Below, piece by piece: positions 56,220-64,000 of a stretch of DNA of 64,000 nucleotides; within the stretch, counting starts at the first letter, position 1, and each line of letters opens with the position of its first letter. The notes beneath the pieces are model-generated. The model did not search any database, was not told where the DNA came from, and saw only the letters and a program-made list of their open reading frames with translations. A program made the position numbers and the translations under genes. This DNA is from Azolla caroliniana (Eukaryota; Plantae; Polypodiophyta): contig JBHGNT010000004.1 in assembly GCA_043228905.1 (NCBI GenBank), positions 25,358,001 through 25,422,000 on the forward strand. The letters run 5' to 3'.

Positions 56220-56930
56220 TATCCTCGTAGAATTGAGTCTTCTTGGTGGGGTCATGGCATGAGTGCTTTTATGATGAAAAGGAAGGCTTTGGCTTGGGAC
56301 AATGTCATTGACACGGACAAATCCAAAATGCAAAAATGAAAAACTTTGCATAATTGCCCCTTAGACATTGTTTGTCCAAACGATCATAGCTTGCTTGCTA
56401 TTCCTAGCTTGGTCAACTTCTCTGTCATGTTTTGTGTTTTTGACATGCTCGACTTGAATGGAGTCTTCAGTGTGCTCACATTTTTGGCATCTTCAAGCTG
56501 GATGGGATTGGCTTTTGTAGTGGCTTGGGCATCATAGCTGGGGTCTGGCTTGGGTGAAATTTCTCGCTGGAGCTTGGTGCATGGTGATTTCATGCAGATC
56601 AAGAAAGTACACTTTTTTGCCTTCTTTTGTGGGGCTCTAGCCTACACGGAGTAGATGAAGGTTTTTGGTCTTGATGGTCCATACCTTTCTATGAGCGGAT
56701 ACTGATTCCAACAATTTGGTATGCATCAATCAACTAAAGCTGGTCAAAACCAACATGCCCCTGTGGTGGGTCATTTTTGAGGTGTATTATGCGAAGATCA
56801 ACTACATTGTGAGGCTGCCAATCTAGCTGTTGCTTTCAAAAGCTGGGTTTGAAGGTCACAAGCTTGTTTGTGGGCCTTTTGTTTGAGGTAGAAAGAGGAC
56901 AAGGATTAGCATTTGTTGGCTGGGTGTTGA
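56220..56930 (+). mobile_element. Very degenerate LINE-like remnant in the putative TSR3 5'UTR intron
   Basis: W/G-rich broken frames (ALAWDNVID..KMKNFA.LPL; SWVWLG) reminiscent of the region after the L1 RT domain. Confidence 0.3.
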
Positions 56931-57661
56931 GCCCAATCTCAGATACTCAGATAGACTTGGACCTAAAGCATACGGACACCTGAATTCTAGATGGTAGATG
57001 TGGTAGTGCACTTAAGGAGAATAATGTAGACTGATTAAGATATGCACAGACGCACCTCACTCGACATTCACCTACATTGCGAGAAGCAGGTATCAAGTAC
57101 TTAGGAAGAAGCTTAGCAAAGCGTAGAGCACACGACAATAAGGTACTAAATTTTTTTTACTTCATTAACACATAAAAAATGATAAGAGAAGATACATGGT
57201 TCTAGCAACAAGGGTATATTGGAATATTTATAGGCTTTACAATCAGGTCTAATGTACAGTGGAGAAGGGCAGGCTACGTTGACTTCCCGTCATAAAGCCA
57301 ACTCCTTTTCTCACTCGACACCAAACTTCAAAATTACCCATGAATGTGTCTAACACTAATCTATCTTTCATTAAAAGTGCATGATTGATACCTAAGAGGG
57401 CTTAACTTTCCGATTCTGAAATGCCCTCCCTTCTATTTATGTTTCATAGTCATGTGAAATTATAATCTTGGATTTGCATATCCCATTGAGCTAGAATTAC
57501 ATGTCCCGCATTGAATGAATAACAACATGATTTCGTGGGTCATGAGGTACATGTTCACAGATATATGATACACCAACGAGGTTTTTGAATTCCTTTCTTT
57601 GATGGTTCATGAGAAGCTTTAGAACTTTCTTTAACACCACTCTCAAATAAGGAAAAATAAT

Positions 57662-58030
57662 GATAATCCTTCCATGTTACAACTGTCTACTCTTTGTAAT
57701 AGTGTTCCATGCACATCTGGTTTATTATGTTGTCAGCTTTTGAGTTGGATTGCCTAAACATGGTCAAAAATGAATTTTAGATGTAGGTGCATGGGTTTCA
57801 GCATCCAGCTACACTTGATTTATGCAATTAAGTTAAGAGTTGGATCATCCTTCCATGCTACAATTGTCAACTCTTTGTAATAGTGTTCCATGCACATCTC
57901 GTTTATTATGTTGTCAACTTTTGAGTTGGATTGCCTAAACATGTTCAAAAATGAATTTAGATGTAGGTGCATGGGTTTCAGCATCCAGCTACACTTGATT
58001 TTTGCAATTAAGTTAAAGAGTTGGATTATC
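57662..58030. repeat. ~181-bp tandem duplication
   Basis: 'atccttccatg.tacaa.tgtc.actctttgtaatagtgttccatgcacatct...ttaagtta...agagttggat' repeated at ~57662 and ~57843. Confidence 0.9.
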
Positions 58031-58301
58031 AAAGAATATGGCACGTTATTTGGACAAGTTTAAGACTATGAAGAGATTCATAGAAATAGCCATACTAATG
58101 GTATTCTTTGCAACTTAACACACTAAAGAGATTAAAACAAGCTGGAACATCAGCATATGGAGCTGTGTTTCGTAGAGGGCATTTTCAGAGTGATAGTACT
58201 TAATAAGCTAGGATGATGCTGTGAAAAATTCTGAAGAATAGCTCTTACTGCATTTCCAAAACAAAATTTCCATATATTTTATTAGGTTGGTGGCCATCAA
58301 C

Positions 58302-61300
58302 ATGGGAAGGAATGGCGGAACCTCTAGAAGGAAAGGGAAACCATCTGCAAAAGACAATGTATCCTGGTGTGTAATGTGCAAGCATTTCTCTCTTCCTCAG
58401 TATTATTTGTTAAAAAGCAGAGGGCAACTGCATTTCTGTGATCTGGGAAGCTTCAACAGATGAACATCTGGACTTGATAATTGTGGAACGAATAATTATT
58501 ATTAAAGCATTTTGCTAGATCTGCAAGAAGAGCATCTATTTTGGTTATACATTTTACAAATGACCTTAAATTCACTTATTCAGCTTCCTAACATGTATGG
58601 TGTGCCAATATTCCTAATGTATCATGGAATATGGTCTGTAATGTATTGTGGGAAATACACTCTATAATGATGTTGAACTCCTTGTCTTTATTAAATAGGT
58701 CTAAAAAATACATGAACAAAAAGAAAAGAAACTACTCACAATGTCAGCTCGCTAGTTTTTTTTGCAATACAATTAGTTAATTCTGTAGTACATTTCGTAA
58801 TGAGTCGGTCATACCTAGTAATAATTTCCAGTGGGTTGCAGATGTTAAGTTGAATAGATCTAAAATACATACACAAGAAATAAACCCTTAACCCTAAACC
58901 CTAAATTGACAATGAGTCAACAGTACTAGTTTTGTTGAAGTATAGTTAGTGACATATGGATCTGATTCTTAATTTATGAATGCATATCCTTGCAAAGAGT
59001 TGACAGTGATCAGCTACTCTGGATGAGATCTTAAAACTACACTTTTATGTGTGGAGAAATTGGTGAAGATGAGACTTATTATTTCATTCTAACTGTTTTG
59101 AATGCATGTTTCTTGGTTTGTAGATCTTTCCAAAATTGAGTGGATGTATCTCTGCATATTTTGCTAGAAATTTAAGAGTCAGTTAGTGATCTGAGCGGTC
59201 TGAATCTAATTTGTTTTGCTTGCAGGCAAGAGCTGGAGCAAAATGAAATTGGAGCATCCATATCTAGTGGTAAAATCTATCACGAAATTGCACACATTGT
59301 ATATTTAAATATATATATCTTCCTATGATAAATATATTAGTGTATATACATATATACATACGTACATACATACATACATACATACATACATACATACATA
59401 CATACATACATACATACATACGTACGCACATACATACATACATACGTACATACGTACATACGTACATACATACATACATACATACATACATACATACATA
59501 CATACATACATACATGCATGCATTTGTGTATATATATATATCTTCTCATGATAAATTCAAGCATTTTCTTGATTTCTTCTAGAGGATCCAGAAGAGGCTA
59601 GACCTGAAAGATTTGATTACAAATTGGCAATGTGGGTAAGATGAATAGACGAATTTTCTTAATGGTCTAATTTAATTAGAAGATCTTTAGCCTCATGCAT
59701 TTTAACTATGGATTATACAATTATATAAATCTGATTTGATTATTTTATTTATGATGGATTTCATGATATAATAATATCAATCATACTAAAATCTAAAACT
59801 TTTGGTAAATGTTGTGAAAATGTGGGAGAACAACAATGGGAGAAAAAGTTGCATGTCTTCTTATTTGTGTATAAATTGCCTTACCTTTTTTGACTGTCTA
59901 GTTGTCAGCATTTTAGTTGTTGGGAGGAGCTACCGGAGAGTGTCAGCATTTTAGTTGTTGAGAGAAAATGGAAGTAGTTGCTGAGGAAAAAGAATGAAAT
60001 ATTAACTTCTTTTAAGAGGTCAAAATGGTCTATAAGACCAAACAAGAGATTACATCTGAAGTGTTGTCTCGTCTTTGAGAACAACAAATCAAAATAAAAT
60101 AAATGTTACTAACTAAACATAAAAGTAAATAAGATACTAAAGAATCTTGTTATTGGCACATGTAAGTTAATCAAGTTAGATATATTGCAACTTTTGTCTT
60201 TGAAATATCTCTAGCATAGGTTGATCCAGAATGGAGAGATCTCCGAAGCAAGGGAAGCACCTGCGATGGCGGGAGATGATGGCCTATATCTGTTGATGAC
60301 AAGGGTGGTGAGATCGTGGTCCATGGGGCTGGGTTCTACGACAAATTGCTATTGCCCGATCTATTGTAACCCCTTGTTATGTCTTGGTCTAGAGCCCATT
60401 TGTGTAGCCCTTGATTGACTTATAGCATTAGTGGGAGTGATGGGGCTAAAGAAAGTTGTGATTGTTCTTTGTGGATGAGCTTGTGTGGCTGTACTGTTGT
60501 CCTTCAACAACTTTTCCCTGTGTCTTTTGAGTTCTATCAAGAGAAGTCCTAGGCACTGTTGGTCCTCATATTCCATTACCTTGTGAGGTGGGCCAAAGCC
60601 TTGTTTAAAGAGGCAATGGTATCTCCGTCTTATTTCATAAAAGACACTACAGTGACAGATATAGTGCTCTTCGAATTCCACTTCTTGATGATGCAGTTGG
60701 CAAATTCTTTCTTCTAGAGTTATTTATGTATATCTGCCTACCTCAATATCTAACTGATCCAATGAAGTTCGCAGCTGCCCTATCACACTACACAACACAT
60801 AGTATAGATGTATGTCCATATAAGATGACTTGATGATGAATCCATCCTCTGATGCATGTAAAAAGTGTCTTGTAGTGGGCCACTTCGTACCAAGTGATAT
60901 TTTGGGGCTGATCCATGTTATCTTGTTTTGGAGAGGAAAGCCAAAGTAGAACAGCAGATGCCAAAAATAGTAACACATACCAAAAAAAGGCTAAATCATG
61001 AGAAATGTGGAAAACTTTGTTGAAAGAGATACAAAATGCAAGGTTTTGTTTTTCGTAAAGTACTGGCTATGAATGGCCCAGGGCCCAGGAAATGTTCAAC
61101 ATGTCTAGACCACCTTAAGTTCACGAGAGAAAATGATGTCCTGGATATTAGATGCTTTGCTTGCTCCTTGAACGTGTCCAAAGTTGACTTCCTTTCTTTT
61201 AAGGAATTTAAATCTAACATCTGGTAATGTTAATAAGCGTGAGGTGAAAGATATTTGGGAATGATTGAAGATAGTGAGTGACATTTGGATATTAGGCATG

Positions 61301-62654
61301 CTAAGATCTGGCAATGTTTTCCTGGATGTGTTGCCTGCTCCATGAATGGGCCAAACTTTACTGTAAATGGTTGGATGATCAAATTAATTTGAATTCAAAT
61401 CTAACATCTGGTAATGTTAGTTTCTTGTGAAATCAATGTGGTGTGAAAGATCTTTGGAAATGATTAATGATGGTGATGTTTGAAAATTAGGCATGATATA
61501 ATATTATTTCTTATGTTGTGAGGATTTTTCTACCAGAAATCAAAATCATCCTTTAATAGTTCGCAAAAGGGTTACATAACTCTGGCATACATATGGGGGT
61601 CATGATGACATGTAAACAGAAATATCATATTTTCTTTTACTGCATCTGTAAACATGTTTATCAAATTTTTTTCACCCATGCTAACATGCTAATACTTCAT
61701 TGTTTTCTTAATTTGAAAACGGAATTTTTAAACTCAGAAGTGTTTGCTGTTTTGCAGGATTTTGGCCAATGTGATATAAAACGATGTACGGGACGCAAAT
61801 TAGCTCGGCTTGGATTTTTGAAGGTATGACTCATTCTAAATGTTTATATTTGATAGTCCTTGTTCTGCAATATTCTTACATATGTAAGATCAGTGAACCT
61901 GGATTACAGGAGCTACGAGTTCAACAACGCTTTGGCGGTGTGGTACTGAGGTAAACTATAACCATGGTTTATTTTTAATGTTAGTATTGTAGTTCAAATG
62001 TATGCCTGAGTTTATTTTGTGGTTTTTTGGGAGCAAAATGAATTCCTTTTGTTTGTTATTGAATTTGAATAATATCCATCTGTTAAAGAAAAGAATTATG
62101 CTTTGCAGTCCTATGGGAAAAAGATGCATCTCGAAAGAGGACCAGAAAATAGTGAAAGAGAAAGGTCTAGCTGTTATAGACTGCTCTTGGGCTCGGCTTG
62201 ATGATGTTCCTTTTGCAACATTGAAGTGTGGATCACCTCGCTTAAGTATATGCTCAGTTTGTACCTTCCAAGTCAATAAAGCAAATGGACACTAGTATAT
62301 AACATTTCAAACTTGTGTTTCTTTTATGCTGAAACGATGCATTGAAAGCTGAAAATCATTAAAATGAAGAACCTCTAAGGCTTTGAGTTTTTCTTTGGTT
62401 AGTGCCATGGCTTGTGGCAGCCAATCCAGTTAATTATGGCAGGCCTTGTGAACTCTCTTGTGTTGAAGCTCTAGCTGGTGCTCTGTATATTTGGTAATTT
62501 TTGTCATTGAATTACCGTGCAATATTTGAAGACTTAAACTGTTGAAGGCGGTGTTCTTATTGTGTCAATGTGAAGCTTCCAGTGGTGAAGATAGGGCTTG
62601 TGGTATCCTTTTGGACAAGTTCAAGTGGGGCCATGGATTTATCTCACTAAACAG
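58302..62654 (+). CDS. TSR3: 18S rRNA aminocarboxypropyltransferase TSR3, exons 1-8 (3' end probably beyond the window)
   Basis: Exons 58302-58366, 59226-59269, 59583-59635, 61758-61823, 61910-61950, 62109-62245, 62403-62493, 62583-62654, phases consistent. Motifs [61 protein letters not shown]. Confidence 0.9.
59345..59516. repeat. (TACA)n microsatellite in TSR3 intron 2
   Basis: About 40 tetranucleotide units; explains the MYVC/IHTY ORFs. Confidence 0.95.
59985..61380 (-). mobile_element. RTE-X-like LINE 3' fragment in TSR3 intron 3 (antisense to host)
   Basis: [58 protein letters not shown]; clearly similar to 40760-41660, including the 3' tail. Confidence 0.75.
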
Positions 62655-63439
62655 GTAGATTGGCTTAAGTTGCTTTTTTACCTTTATTTATAGGGATATT
62701 GTTTGCCCGTTAAATCACTTCTCATTAGATTATACTAGTAAACAAAGACATACACATGACACACTTATGTTTCCATGGAATTAAAAAGAGTAGATACTAT
62801 ATGCCTAAATACTCATGACATTTCCAAGTGGTGGTGAATTCAGTGGGGATGACTACACAATCAGTTATAGCCTTCTCTCTAGTCACAAATATTAAAGATC
62901 TGGCTGGGTTTAATATAAATTATTTTCTAATGGGTTTTGTCAACATCAAATTACAGATTGGCCAAGCTTATGCTTGTCTTTGAGTAAGATCTAGTGCTGT
63001 TAGAGGCTTCATCAGTTGAGCTTTCTTTAACGCAACCATAATTTCTCTTATATGATAGGTTATTTCTGAAGTATTGCCCTTGTATTTTTTTTTCTTGCTA
63101 ATACATTGAGTTATTTTGTGCAATCTAGTAACATCTTTTTCACATAGACCATAGTTAGGCAGCAGCAAATTGGTTTGCGTGTTTGAATCCATTGGCTATT
63201 AATGAGAGCTTGTGGATAAAATAGAAAACTTGTGAGATAGTTCACAAAAGATAGAATCCTTAGGATTTGAGAATATAATTTATATTGTCCATGAGGAGGC
63301 CAAATTTAACTATGGGACCAAATAAACATACCATCTTGTATGTGACACTTTCCTAACTTGAGAATCTCACATGTGCCGAAAACCAGATTCCCGCATCTCT
63401 TTTTATTTTATTCACTTTTATATTTACCGAGTAATATTT

Positions 63440-63550
63440 ATTTTATTTTGATTTGTTGTTCTCAAAGACGAGACAATGTTTAAGATGTCTTAAAAGCCAC
63501 TTTGGCCTCTTAAAAGACGTTAATATATCTTTCTTTCTTTCTTTCTTTCC
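63440..63550 (+). mobile_element. Short 3' tail insertion of the same LINE family
   Basis: 'ttgttgttctcaaagacgagacaa...gccactttggcctcttaaaagacgttaatatatctttctttctttctttc' matches 41540-41660. Confidence 0.65.
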
Positions 63551-64000
63551 AAGCAAGGGGGTTACTACTCTGTAGTAGAAACTTCCATGTTAAAATAGTG
63601 CATACATGTAAACATACCATATTGTATATGATGCCTTCCTAAGAAAGGGGGTTACTACTCTGTAGTAAAAAAACGTCCATGTGAAAATAGTGCATGCATG
63701 CATGTGCTCACCCTTCTTGGTGAGGGTTTGACTATGTGTTTAATAAGCCATCATACTTCGCGAGAATTTACCTTATACGGCGAGCATGCAATTTGAGAGA
63801 GAATGAAAGAAAATACTCTCGGGACGTTACCAAAGATAGGTTCAAGCATATGTTCACCTGAAACTGCTGTTGATGGAGCCTCCCTCTTGTGACCTTCATG
63901 TTTTGTTGCAGGCTACAAAGTAGTAAACAATGTTTTTTCTTAAAAGCTCTTCAGCATTAGCATATGGGATTACCATCTTGTCTAGAAGTCTTGTTGAACT

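Noticed and set aside
56925-57137. TG...CA segment beginning TGTTGAGCC like the solo LTR at 13077
   Set aside because: No matching TSD and no further similarity to that LTR was visible.
58359-58367. GTATCCTG as a possible U12 donor in TSR3 exon 1
   Set aside because: Imperfect consensus and wrong phase; the GT at 58367 gives the phase needed by exon 2.
62603-62611. Perfect U12-type 5' splice consensus GTATCCTTT in TSR3
   Set aside because: It lies inside exon 8, whose downstream codons ([11 protein letters not shown]) are conserved TSR3 sequence ending at a normal GT donor.

Overview
AT-rich, intron-rich land-plant nuclear DNA. Gene content, transposon types and a probable ciliary gene suggest a seed-free plant such as a fern (inference). 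Four complete multi-exon genes could be assembled by hand with frame-consistent splice sites: a MOT2/MFSD5 molybdate-anion transporter (-), a group III calcium-dependent protein kinase (+), TRAPPC13 (-) and a RAD6-like E2 ubiquitin-conjugating enzyme (-). A TSR3 gene (+) runs off the right end. There is also a decaying type II 3-dehydroquinate synthase gene and an unannotated spliced locus at 34.5-37 kb. That locus resembles the axonemal microtubule-inner protein PIERCE1/2 (DUF4490), has a frame break at a conserved residue and carries a long novel C-terminal extension; it is the most interesting observation. Mobile DNA includes a 5'-truncated L1, two RTE-X-like LINE copies plus short hairpin/(TTTC)n tail insertions, an internally deleted Copia element in a GC-AG intron, a solo LTR with a TSD, Gypsy and L1 remnants, and tRNA-derived SINE-like repeats. 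All homology calls come from motif recognition, not database searches.
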